Shown here: piece after piece, positions 10,760 through 22,582 of the stretch
How the letters are laid out: every line of letters starts with the position of its first letter
How positions within the stretch are numbered: position 1 is the first letter of the stretch
Assembly: GCA_964016885.1 (NCBI GenBank)
Contig: OZ024743.1
Span: 320,106,001 to 320,170,000, forward strand
DNA from: Eledone cirrhosa
Lineage: Eukaryota
Length of the DNA stretch: 64,000 nt
Direction: 5' to 3'
The notes under the pieces: model-generated
The model's database searches: none
Seen by the model: the letters and a program-made list of their open reading frames with translations, nothing else
Told to the model about the DNA's origin: nothing
Translations under genes and position numbers: made by a program

Positions 10760-13035
10760 TTGTATAAAGCTATGCTTGAAGCGAAATCCTATTTCTTTTA
10801 TATATATTCAATAAACATAATAAAAATTTGAAGACTAAAATCCAAAGAGGGCTCGATAAGGATAAATATATATCAAATATATAAGAACCGTAGAGCAAAT
10901 ATTTATTAAATAACAGATTAAACATGTTTATTTAAAATAGCCCCTACGTACGTTTCGCCCGAATGGGCTTCTCAAGGACATAATAACTAAAAAGCGTTCC
11001 TTACATAACCCGAATGGGTTTTTAGACATAAGTTCACGTCAGAGTTCATTCTTCGTAAAAAAACATGTATTGATTTTGCAGTAGGTCAAGGGAGATAACT
11101 CTGACCCGTGTTATGGCAGTCTTTTGCGGACAAATTTTTTCTCCGTTACCAGTATGTGGCTACTACCTTACCATTGTCGATACGCACAGGGTCAGGCATG
11201 CAACGTTTGTTTCGAGACGTTTGTTTGCAGCGCCTGCCCACCTGGGTCGAATCATGCCGGGTCTAGAAGGCATGGTTAGTTTCCGGATGTTTTTTGCAGC
11301 GCCTACCCGCCGGGGTGTTAAAGCTTGGTGCAGGGAAACCCGGTTTACGGTTTCACTCCTCGTTCTTATTCGATCTGGAGTAGGATATTTTTAAGCGGTG
11401 TGTACAGCCTATCGTCGTTTCAGCTCTGCTGTTGATGAGCTCGTGGGGTGCTGTTATTATGTGGTAGAGCTCCACGAGGCAAAGCTCGCACTTCCTCTTG
11501 AAGTTGTACGGTGTAGCCCTGCCGACAATTTCTCTGTGTGTGGAGAAGCTGATTTTTGAGGCTTTTAATGCTGTGATGTAGTTCGCGAGCGAAGTGGGGT
11601 GTCTTAGTTTCTTGTTTGCGAAAGAGTGGAGATGTGCTCGAAATCTAATTTTGAACGGGCCAGAGGTAGCCCCTATATAATGTTTAACGCTATTATGGCT
11701 AGTTACGGTGCACCTATATATAACCCTATCACTCAAGCAGTTCCCCCTAAGGGGAAACGTCCCCTGTCCCGGCAGTTGCAATTCCTGTCGCGGTCCCTTC
11801 TAGTTCCCACGGTAAGGCTATTATTATTGCTATCTACGTTGTTACCTACGCTCCCACACCTGTCATTAGCCCCCTTATAACCCACTGCGTGCGGGGTGGT
11901 ACCATTATTATTCCGCACGCAGCAGCACCTTCCGTTGCCGCCAGGTGACCCGTGCAGGTCATTTGTATAATCCCCAGTCATGTCGCGGTTATGTTGATTG
12001 CGTCTGTAGTGGCTGTTGCCAGCACTATTGGATGCTGCTAGGGAGTTGTTAAGGCCGATATTGTTGTTGTCAGGTGTGGGTGCGTCTGTGCTAAGGTGCT
12101 GTGTCTTGGTGATTTTACTGTGATTAGTTGTTCCTATGATGTCTGCTAGGTTAGGAGAAGTAGAGAAGGATATTTTTATATTGTTCCTATTAAGGATTTT
12201 CCTATACCTATGGTTGGGTTGGAAGTTCTTCTCTAAGGCTTCGAAGAATATCCGAAGTATGTCGGAGGCCACACTCCGATGGACTCATAGGACGTTACGG
12301 TGGCGGTTACGTATCTTAGTACGTTTGCCACGGGTTGTGCTATCAGGGTGACCGTTCTTATGCATTTTAATGCGCTGTAGCCGGTTACGTGTCCTTTTCG
12401 CTTTATGCTCGGGTGCACTCTTCTTCTTTCTGCTACGTTTATGTATAGGAAGATGTTGGTTGGAAGGCGTTGGTAGTAGGCCGTCGCCTTTGTTGATTTT
12501 ATAGTAGGCGAATAATTCGAGTACGCTACAGTGGTCACTGTCAACGGGGTCGTGATCTTTATTGTGTGGTAAGCTACCTATACTATCACCAGTGTAATTA
12601 GCATTGTGGCCGTGTTCCTTAGTGTTATTTACTATACTATTACATCCGACTCCTTCGAAGCCGCCGCGTGATCGATTATAGATATGGCTTACTATAACGT
12701 TAGTCTTATGAGGGGGGTGGTTTCTGGAGCTAGCATTAGGGATGTAGGAGATTCCTCGGTTAAAACAGGCGCTTATCGTAGTAAGCGGTGTCGTAGTAAT
12801 TGGCCGCTTGGTTGAAGATATCCTCATTGGCGGAGAGCCTCGAGATCCTATGTGAGATGCTATAGACTATGGAGTTGAGAGTCTGCTTAGGGTGGTTGGA
12901 GGCATAATTAATATAAGAAAGGCTCTCTCCAGACTTATGGTATGGCTTATATAGGCCCGTACTCAACTCCAGGGTCACGTGCAGGAAGTTGACAACTTGG
13001 TGGTTGAGGTCTATAGTTACGGATAGGCCGTATGA
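10760..13035 (-). mobile_element. 5'-truncated Penelope-like element (RT thumb, Cys-rich linker, GIY-YIG, pLTR)
   Basis: VNFLHVTL...SNHP (12760-13068); YRKILNRNNIKISFS; CNCR...CL; VIYRCTV...HYIGAT...FKIRFRAH; CELCLVE...LINSR (11353-11781). The boundary at 10760 is approximate. Confidence 0.88.
10940..10980 (-). ncRNA. Minimal type I hammerhead, U3-A8 variant, in the pLTR of the adjacent Penelope-like element
   Basis: Reverse complement reads GUCC-UUGAGAA-GCCC(AUUC)GGGC-GAAA-CGUACG-UA-GGGG. Stem I is short (3 bp). Confidence 0.75.
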
Positions 13036-13129
13036 CTTGTGTTTGTATATATATATACAAACACACACATCTAATTAGTATCCCAACGAAGGGTCCAAAC
13101 TGTTTATGCTGGTCTGGTCTTGCTGAATC

Positions 13130-13790
13130 GTCTAATAAAATTGATCTGCCCAGGGTCCATCCCTGTGAATCAATGTATATTCAGAGTTGGGCGAGTCACT
13201 TGAGAGACGATTTTCTCAGCCCGCCAGCTGATGCAGAATTGTGTTGAGTAGCAAGTGTCGCTGTTCCAATTATTTTTGAAAGTTACTAAAGCATTCGATA
13301 CTGTTAATCGCAGTACACTGTGGGTCATATTGGGTAAACTTGGATGCCTTGAATTTGTTGGAATATAAAAAAGAAAACGTGAAAATATGAAGGCAAAAGT
13401 GAACTTCAATAGAACACTTATAGACCGAATATGAATGGAAAACGGTTTCAAACAAGGCGACATACCTGCAACCATTCGTTCCCCATCTACTTTGCCGTGC
13501 TGCTGACATATGCCTTCCAAGTCTTCGAAATCGATGTCTACTTGCGAATTAGAATCTCTAGCAAAGTCAATAATCTACGACATTTTAACACCAAGTCCAA
13601 AACATTTGATACTCTAGTCAGGGGGTTCCTTTATGCTGATGATGCAGATATTGTTGCACACACAGTAGAAGACATGCAGCCGATATTGAACATCTACAAT
13701 GTATGCACTGCATCTGGGCTAAATAGCATAAATAACACAATGACTATGTACACTCACCAATTTGGGAAATGGATTTGAAGCCAGACATAT
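13130..13790 (+). mobile_element. Decayed RTE-clade RT fragment
   Basis: Plus-strand PESQC.FR..R, ARQL, KAFDTVNR..LW.ILGKLGC, NGFKQG, FLYADDAD. Confidence 0.8.
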
Positions 13791-13884
13791 TGCTTTGAAA
13801 CGTTCACTCTGTAAGCGAGACCCAATCACTTTTTCTCCATTAATTACAGCCTTCAGTCAATGCTCCTCAATTATCCATATAAAT

Positions 13885-14322
13885 TTTCGAGGCAAGCCGG
13901 CACGCTCGCAGCGTTACCTCGGGTGATGGCGCAGCTGAGGTGCTGGAACAACTAAGCACCCCCAGGAGCATCACCAGATAACTCGGTTAGGCGAGCCGCC
14001 AGTGAAGATAAGAACCTCGCAGTTGGTAGGCCGACTCTCCCAAACGTCTCGAACACCACAGGCTGGATAATGTAGTTAGCTGACAGAACACGGTATTTTA
14101 GGATTTTGTTCCGTTCAGCTGCGGATGCTGTAGTTCTCACCCTTACCTCTGCAAATAGGATGTGGGAAGAAGCAAAATAGTCACTAACTGTTACGTCCTA
14201 GGTAAGGCACCTACCTCTTGACCAGGGGCACAGGGTAAGACTGTCAGGTCTTCCCCCATCAATTCTGGACAACCCAGACTCTTCCAAAATTGAGGGGATG
14301 TTTGCCCAGCAAAATCTCTTAA
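13885..14322 (-). mobile_element. 3' fragment of a CRE-like RLE non-LTR retrotransposon
   Basis: Minus-strand GLSRIDGGRPDSLTLCPWSRG, AERNKILKY...PVVFETFG, LFQHLSCAITRGNA. Confidence 0.7.
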
Positions 14323-14408
14323 GTGGTAATAGGACAGGGTGTGTATGTGCGCGCGCGTGAGTTTGTTGGCATTCTTAAATTAGGGACGCGTGTGAATATG
14401 TGCGTGTG

Positions 14409-14411
<3 letters not shown>

Positions 14412-14480
<69 letters not shown>

Positions 14481-14541
14481 ATATATATACATACATACAT
14501 CTATATATATATATATATATACATACATATATATATATATA
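14412..14541. repeat. (TA)n microsatellite
   Basis: Direct inspection. Confidence 0.95.
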
Positions 14542-14624
14542 TGGGTGTGTCACCTTCCTTTTACACACACGTACATTCACACAAACACACACATTGTGTG
14601 ACGGGCGGATGGATTGAAGTCACT

Positions 14625-15250
14625 CAAATTCATATACATGTGAATGGAGTTCAACTGAAGCAGGTAGAGAAGTTCAGGTATCTCGGGGCCGTATTCACGA
14701 GTGATGGAAGGCAGGAGGCTAGTGCAAGAATTGCAAAAGCTGATGCAGTAATGCGCCAGCTTCAGCATTCAGTAATCAGAAGGGAGGTAGGTGTAAAAGC
14801 CAAACGCGCTTTCTTCCTGGTTTTCCTGCCAACTTTTACCTATGGTCATGAATCTTTGGTAATGATCGAAAAAATACGATTGCAAATACAAGCTGCCGAA
14901 ATGGGGTTCCTATGAAGGGTCTTTGGAGTAAATTTAGTCGATAAAGTGCATAGCTCGGAGATCAGAGAGTCACTCCAGGTAGAGCCACTACTTCTCTGAA
15001 TTAAGAGATCACAGCTCCGATACTATGGACATATGGTTAAAATGTCTCAGGAAAGCATCACTGGACAGATTTTACTGGCAAAACCAACTGGTAGGAGACC
15101 CAGATGTAGACCCTGAGCAATATAGTTGGATAACATCCATGATCTTGGCTGGTCACGCTTTGGGATCCAGCTGGATCACTTAGAGATGTTTGATTCTGAC
15201 AGACTCGCTGGAAGGAGTGTTTGAGAAGGACTCTTCCCCTACGACTCTCT
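14625..15250 (+). mobile_element. RTE-clade LINE 3' fragment
   Basis: [43 protein letters not shown]. Confidence 0.85.
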
Positions 15251-15479
15251 TGGAAATAAGTGGGTGAAGAAGATATTGTCAATTTCCTTTTCAATTTACA
15301 TATCAGATCTACATGCATATAATACCAATACGCACACTACACATGTTAGCAGAGAACTGTCCGAATGGCGGATCTTCTGATAGTTTAGTCGACATATCTA
15401 ATAGACTAAAACCTCTGAAAGCTGAGTTGAAAATTTAGATAGAAAAAGAAACACGTAAACAATTGATCGTGTACCGAAG

Positions 15480-16120
15480 CGACACAAAACCTACTACAAA
15501 ATAACAACTGATTGAATAGAAAAAATATTAGAAACATATAGAGGAACACGGATAAATGTGATAACGAAAGAACGTTTTTATATATACAAGCTAACAACAA
15601 ATTAGAAAGCAGAAACAAACAACGCTGAAACAATTTAGATAAAAATACAATAAACAAATTTAGTGCCGAAATATAGCATGAAAACGGATTTACAATACAT
15701 AATAAAGGAGAAACGGTGAGAAAAGCCACACCGCGACCAAATCTCGATAAGGCTTGAAAGAGAAAAAGCAAGTCAAAGTTAATGACAAGAATGATTCAGA
15801 AGCTACGAACTAACGGGAAAAACAGGATTCATTTTCACAATACACGACTAATGTTTGACCCCAATGAAATATAGGAACACGACAATGAAAACGGATCTTA
15901 ACAACAAATGCAGAATGTACAACCAGCACAATGACACGGTTAACTACATCATTTCCGGCTTCCCACATTTACCAAGTCTGAATATATAAACACTAGCATG
16001 CCAAACTTTCGACATGAAATAGGGGAAGAAGAGATATAAGCATATAACAAACACGGTACATAACAATAAACAGGTCACTATAATCTGATAAAGAAATAAA
16101 GATAAAATTGTCAAGGATTG
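15480..16120 (+). mobile_element. Highly decayed R4/Dong-like relic (CCHC region)
   Basis: About 15905-16000 translates KCRMYNQHNDTVNYIISGFPHFTKSEY, a decayed CRxC...ETxxHIISGC. Upstream GFIFTIHD resembles GxIxAxQDQ. Boundaries are approximate. Confidence 0.55.
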
Positions 16121-17255
16121 GAAAGACTGTTGCTCTTTATTTCAAAATTAAAATTTCAGGCGTGATCTTTATTTGATACTACATTCAAATCATTCTATAT
16201 TTAAAGATGCACTATAGTTAAACTAATTTTACAAAATAGTTTTCGTATACAATTATTTTATGAAAAGTTGTTTCAATAAAAAGAGATTATAACAAGATCA
16301 ATATTTGAAATGACAGTCGGAGAAAGGCCGTGCTAAGAGGAATGACAAAAAAATATATATCTCAAAAGTAATTCGTAAGCACTAAAATGATCTATCATAA
16401 GACACCCAAATTCCAAGTCCCCCCACTTTATCTTTGCACTGACAATACAACAGACTAAGTACGAATAAATAAGGAAAATATGTTTATTCAAAAATATAGA
16501 CCAGCATTAAATATAGTTTAATATACATTAACATATTAACACTATAACATGCTACCCATCCACACAGACACATACATACACACACACATAACACCCTCTT
16601 CTATGTTCGAAAATAAAAGACCAGAGCTAAATATACTTCAACATACGTTAATATTTAAACACCTTTACAGGTTAACCATACCTCACACACAAACATAACA
16701 CCCCCCTCCATTTCTACTAATGGAATCATTTTCCTACACACACACACACAAACACACATCCGCACACAAATAAAAATAATTATCTCTATTTTCTACCCTG
16801 CCGCCAGCACCACCGCTATCGACACAATCATTCAATTTATTTCAATAGAAAGTCTGAATTTTGACATCTCAGCACATCAGCCATACTCACTGAACCAGAA
16901 CGATTTCTCCTCATCACTTTTCTTGACCATTATTTTTTGTTTGGCACAAAACCCTCTATGACAAATCATGTGACTGTGAAAATGGCAAATACGAACTGGC
17001 GCGAAAGTTGATGTATTTATTCCCATGACAGTCATCAACTAACCAAATTTCACTTTTATAAGAAAAAAACAAAGATTTGAGCCATTTTTTTAAAACTTTG
17101 TAACGCGAACTGGCGCCAAAGTTGATGTACTTATTCACGTGACAGTCATCAACCAAGCAAATTATTAAAAAAGAAAAAGCAAGCAATTCGAGCCACTTTT
17201 TTCCACATAAAACAGAAGTAAGATCTGAGAAAAACCACAAACCCTCCATCTCAAT

Positions 17256-17299
17256 TCTACTTTTGAAAAGCATAAGAACTGTGAAACCGGTAAAGGAAA
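17256..17299 (+). ncRNA. Minimal hammerhead candidate, U3-A8 variant, in the 5' pLTR
   Basis: CUU-UUGAAAA-GCA(UAAGAAC)UGU-GAAA-CCGG-UA-AAG; identical in the 3' pLTR. Confidence 0.65.
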
Positions 17300-20200
17300 A
17301 AAATAAATATTCTTAAAAAAATTCCAGTTGCATTTTCGATTTCTTTTCCTTATACTTTCACTCGTGTAGGACATCTCACTTTTTTCTTTACCCCCCACTC
17401 ACTTTCTTACTCACACCCACCACACGGGGACCGACAATGCCACCAAAGTCTCAACAAGGACATCTTAAATGAACAAAGTAGACCAAATACATATCTACAA
17501 AAAAGGACTCCATGAAAAAGGAGAAAATACCCAAGAGACGGATATTACTCCAACATATACCAAACTGATCAAAATAATTGAAACAGCAATGCTCCAAAAT
17601 CTGGAACAACCATTAGAACCCATCTACGAGAAGTCCACTCATTGAAAAACACCCTAAACCATATATGGACTCAAAAGCTCACAGCTCGCAAATTTGTCTT
17701 TTGGAATCTCCTAAAAAATAATGGAAAAGTAGATATATATGAAACGTGGCTAAACTCTACCTCAATCATCCTCCCCAAAAAACTCCAAATAAAACCCATC
17801 CCGAATGAACCAGAAAACCAACAAATCTTAGGGAAAAGATGGCCTTAGAAAAGTTTAAAATAGAAATAGAACTGTTGCGGTTAAGAGCCAACTCCAACGA
17901 AGAAAAATTCAAGTTACTCGACCAACAGATGGAAACCGAAATCTCAACGCACTCCGAAGGCCTACTCTATGAAAAAAAGCTTCAAACTTTGGTAAGAAAA
18001 TTGTGAGGACGAAGAACCAACATCCTTTTAACGATGGGAATAAAAACGCCACTTGCTTCAACAACTACGAAATTATTTTCAAAAACAAACACCATACAGG
18101 TACCCCATTTTTAAAACAAAATGAAATTCACACACCAAACTCATAACAAACAACAAAAAAAGCAACAAAATATCCAACATACCCCCAGAAAAAATATGAC
18201 GATAATCCAAGAATCCATAGACAAAACTTTAACCTTACTAAAAAAAACCTAAATGCCCCTTCACACAAGACAGGACCCGATCCGCAGATCACATCCCACA
18301 CAAAACCTGTTCCAAAACCGTAGACCCCAAACCACACAGAACCTGTTCTAAAATCATAGATTCCAACCCACACAACGGAACAAAAATTAGAATCCGGACC
18401 ATCAACAAACCGAACCTCAATACGTCCGAAACCTCTATACAAGACCACACAACAACAGGGAAAATGCCATTAGATATAGTAATACCCATGAATAAACATT
18501 TCAGAAAAATCATTTTTTAGACCAAGGCTACAGGACCCACGACATCTGGTGGCACAAACCGATTTAGAAAAACCGAAAATAGCCAATCTTTCAATTTCAA
18601 ACTTCTCAGCCCAAGAAATTAAAATTCTCTCAAAGAGACTGAAATTCACACAAACACCTCAATACTCTAACCTCAATGAGATAAACGATGATATTTCAGA
18701 CTTCTGTAGAAAATTAGTCAAACAGAGGAATGTTTTGATAAGGAGACTAACGAACAATCAATTGTACTGAATAAAAGCAGCTACAACCCAACAAAGGGCA
18801 GGAACAGAGTTCTTGACAAATGTTGTAACCACGTATCAACTTTCCCATACCATGAACTACCACAATCTAAACCCAAACCCAACACTAGCCGAAGGGAATG
18901 GGAAATTATCCATACATTAAAAAAACAATATTGACATTGTAATTAAGGAAGCGTACAAGGGAAGTACTGTCATCATTATGGATGCTGAACAGTATAAAAA
19001 TTCTATATTCTCTCTCTTACAAGACACTAACTACTATGAAAAAGTAAACAACTACCAGCAATCAAAAAAGGTGACCAGATTAAACGCATTCATTTGTCAA
19101 TACCAGAAAGAGAACTAAAAAGGAACGCGATTATGTAACACATTTGAATACAAAACCATCAACCTTTACGGACTTCCGAAGATCCACAAGTGTAAAACAA
19201 TTAACGATGCCTGTAAAGAATCCACCTCAACCTGTGTAAACACACAACACCCCACTGATCTTAAATTAAGACCAAATGTAGCGGGCACACAATGTGAAAC
19301 TCACAGAAGGAGCAACTTTATAGACATACTACTAAAACCAATTCTCAAACACATACTAAGCCTTGTAAGAGACGACTTGGACCTCTTAAACCACCTCCCC
19401 AAACATGTCAGCAACGACACTATTATTGTGTCTTTCGATGTAGTGAATCTCTACACGACGATCCCACACCAACACGGACTAGAAGCAATAGGATTCTGGC
19501 TAGAAAAATTCCCCAATGAGATACCGGACAGAATAGAAAAAGGCTTCATCACCGAGGGATTAAAATTTATTTCACAGAACAACTTTTTTGATTTTGATGG
19601 CAGCATTTACAAACAAATATCGGGGACTGCGATGGGTACAAAAGTCGTTCCAACTTACGCTAACTTAGTCATGGCATACTTGTAATTCCAAATCAAAATA
19701 CGTCTTGAACTTCCATAAATATTTATCAGAGAATTGGAAACGCAACTTGGATGACTGTCTTATTCTATGGTCTCACACACTCGACCAACTAAATGATTCC
19801 AACAATTTAATTAACAGCATCAATAACCACATCCAATTTACAATGGAATACAGTCAAGACCAACTCCCATTTCTGGACATCTTAATCATAAAAAAAGACA
19901 CAAATATTGAAACTGACATCCATTAAAAACTAACAGATTCCAAGAAATACCTGCTCTTCACCTCCAGCCATCCAAAGCACACGAAGACGAACGCCCCTTT
20001 TAATATAGCAAGAAGAATTTGCACAATTGTCTCCAATTATGAAACGCGAAATAAAAGACTTCAAGAATTAAAGGAAATTCTGCTCGAAAGACAGTATCCA
20101 CCGTTACTATCAGATAAGGGAATAGAAAGGGCTAAAGCAATAGTCATTGATGAATTACGAAAACAAAAACAAATTCAAGGTACGTCCAATATTCTATCAT

Positions 20201-21487
20201 ATATCTCAACACACAACCCAAGAAATACGGAAGCATATAAAATTATTCACAAGAACATTCCACTATTGAGACAAGACCCAAGAATGAAAAAAGTACCTGA
20301 AACACAAAATAATCAAAAGCAAAAGAAAACCTAAATCACTAAAAAACATTACTCACCAATGCCAATTTACCCATCACAACCCCACAACCAACTGTCAAAA
20401 AGTGTGGTCCCTCTAATTACGAAACTTGTACTCTCCTCATTGAAGGTACCATGTATACATTTCAATCAGGACAACATTTTGTTGTGAAAAGTCACTTCAC
20501 TTGCACATCAAAAAATTTACTTTATGCCATTAAATGTAAAGGATGCAATGAAGATTATATAGGTCAAACTAAACTCATGCTCAGAAACAGAATGACAATT
20601 CATCGTCAACAATTACGAGACTATACCTCAAGACCACTCAGTGTACATCTAGACATATGCGCAAGAGATAAGACACCCAAATTCCAAGTCTTCCCACTCT
20701 ATCTTCGCACTGACAATACAACAGACCAAATACGAATAAATAAGGAAAATATGTTTATTCAAAAATATAGACCAGAATTAAATATGGTTTAATATACATT
20801 AATATATTAACACCATAACATGCTAACCATCCACACAGACACATACATACACACACATAACACCCTATTTTATATTCGAAAATAAAGGACAAGAGCTGAA
20901 TATACTTCAACATACGTTAATATTTTAACACCTTAACATGCTCACCATACCGCACACATACACACACAAACATAACATCTTTCTCCATTTCAACTAATAG
21001 AATCATTTTCCTACACACACACACACATACACACAAACACACATCCGCACACAAATAAAAATATATATCTCTATTTTCTACTCTGCCGCCACAACCACCG
21101 CTATCGACACAAACATTCAATTTATTTCAATAGAAAGTCTGAATTTTGATACCTCAGCACATTAGCCATGCTCACTGAACGTTTTCTCCTCTTCCCTTTT
21201 CTTGTACATTATATTTTGTTTGAAACGAAATTTAATATACTTATTCACGTGGCAGTCATCAACCAACCAAATTACACTTATAAAAACAATAATTTGAGCC
21301 ACTTTTTTAAAGTGAAAATGACACTAAAGAACCCTCAAACGCGACTGGCGCGAAAGTTGATGTACTTATTCACGTGACAGTCATCAACCAACCAAAATAT
21401 AAGAAAGAAAACTAGCAATTCGAGTCACTTTTTTCCACATAAAACAGAAGTAACATCTGAGAAAAACCACAAACTCTCCATCTCAAT

Positions 21488-21531
21488 TCTACTTTTGAAA
21501 AGCATAAGAACTGTGAAACCGGTAAAGGAAA
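21488..21531 (+). ncRNA. Minimal hammerhead candidate, U3-A8 variant, in the 3' pLTR
   Basis: Same motif as 17256-17299. Confidence 0.65.
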
Positions 21532-21898
21532 CAAATAAATATTCTTAAAAAGATTCCATTTGCATTTTCGATTTATTTTCCTTATATATATATTGTTGTT
21601 TGAGATTCGTATCAGCAAACTTATAGTTATAAGGTTGGTAATTTAAAACTCTAATTCAGAGATTTGATTCTGACTTAGTTTTTTTGTATTTAATTGTTAA
21701 ACCTGTAGATATTGTTCTCTATACAGTAACGTTAAAACTCACTTGTCATAATTATTTACACACATCTCACTGTGTAACACACTTCTCTTTGTGTAAGATA
21801 TTTGCATTTGAGCTCAGAAGAAAATTCTCTATTCTTCTTTGAGCTAATACTATTATTATTATTACAGTGAACTGCAGAATACTCTTAATTCCGATCTT

Positions 21899-21953
<55 letters not shown>

Positions 21954-21954
<1 letters not shown>

Positions 21955-22582
21955 GTACATTATGAAGAGAGAAGAAACATTAGATATAATTAGTAATAAG
22001 ATATATCATACCTAGCTGGTTCTTCAGTCCCCGACTACGTAGTTTGGTGGCATATTATGTAAAAACACTAGATCATAGAGATATAGAGTTTTTGTGAGGT
22101 TCTGCCGACTTATCAAGGGGATATCTCATTATCTGCAATGCGCGAGATAGAATCTCGAAAAGGCGGAGGGAGAGTCAATAACGTGATACAGCGGTCAAGA
22201 AACAGAGCTAAGCCCCTTATAACCCTGAAAAAAATACCACGGAGGCTGAGGGGGTATTCATATCAAAGCCGTAGAAGAGGTGGTTTGAGGAGGCGAGAAG
22301 TATCAGTAATGGTAGCTATCCAGCAGTCACTACACTTCAAAGGTTACTCGACCAAAGGGAGTTATAAACAATATATAGAGAGAAACACACAGATACATGC
22401 GGACACATACATATACATGAATATATCCACACATATCCCTGTGTTAGTGGTGCCAACCTCAACCGATGTTGCTCTATGAATAACTGGGACAGAACTATCC
22501 GAATGGATTAGACTGATTCAGTATCAGAGCTATAAAGTACATTATGAAGAGAGAAGAAACATTAGATATAATTAGTAATAAG
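21954..22582 (-). mobile_element. ORF-less 582-bp unit with 47-bp terminal redundancy and a hammerhead (pLTR/retrozyme-like), adjacent to (TA)n
   Basis: agtacattatgaagagagaagaaacattagatataattagtaataag at 21954 and 22536; homologous copy at 63197-63620. Confidence 0.75.
22028..22121 (-). ncRNA. Hammerhead U3-A8 variant with long stem II, probably inactivated (GAAA to CAAA)
   Basis: Reverse complement reads UCCCC-UUGAUAA-GUCGGCA...UGCCAC-CAAA-CUACGUAG-UC-GGGGA. Confidence 0.7.

Larger units (their letters stand above)
16398..21590 (+). mobile_element. Near full-length Neptune-like Penelope element with partial-tandem pseudo-LTRs (16398-17352 and 20668-21585)
   Basis: RT: YGLPKIHK, SFDVVNLYTTIP, GTAMGT, LDD, LPFLD. 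GIY-YIG: LLYAIKC..C...YIGQT...RM..HR. About 950-bp direct repeats include the ORF 3' end. Confidence 0.92.

Noticed and set aside
17440-20792. Selenoprotein-type (Naiad-like) PLE
   Set aside because: GIY-YIG is C-terminal, and the interruptions are frameshifts and mixed stops, as expected for ordinary decay.
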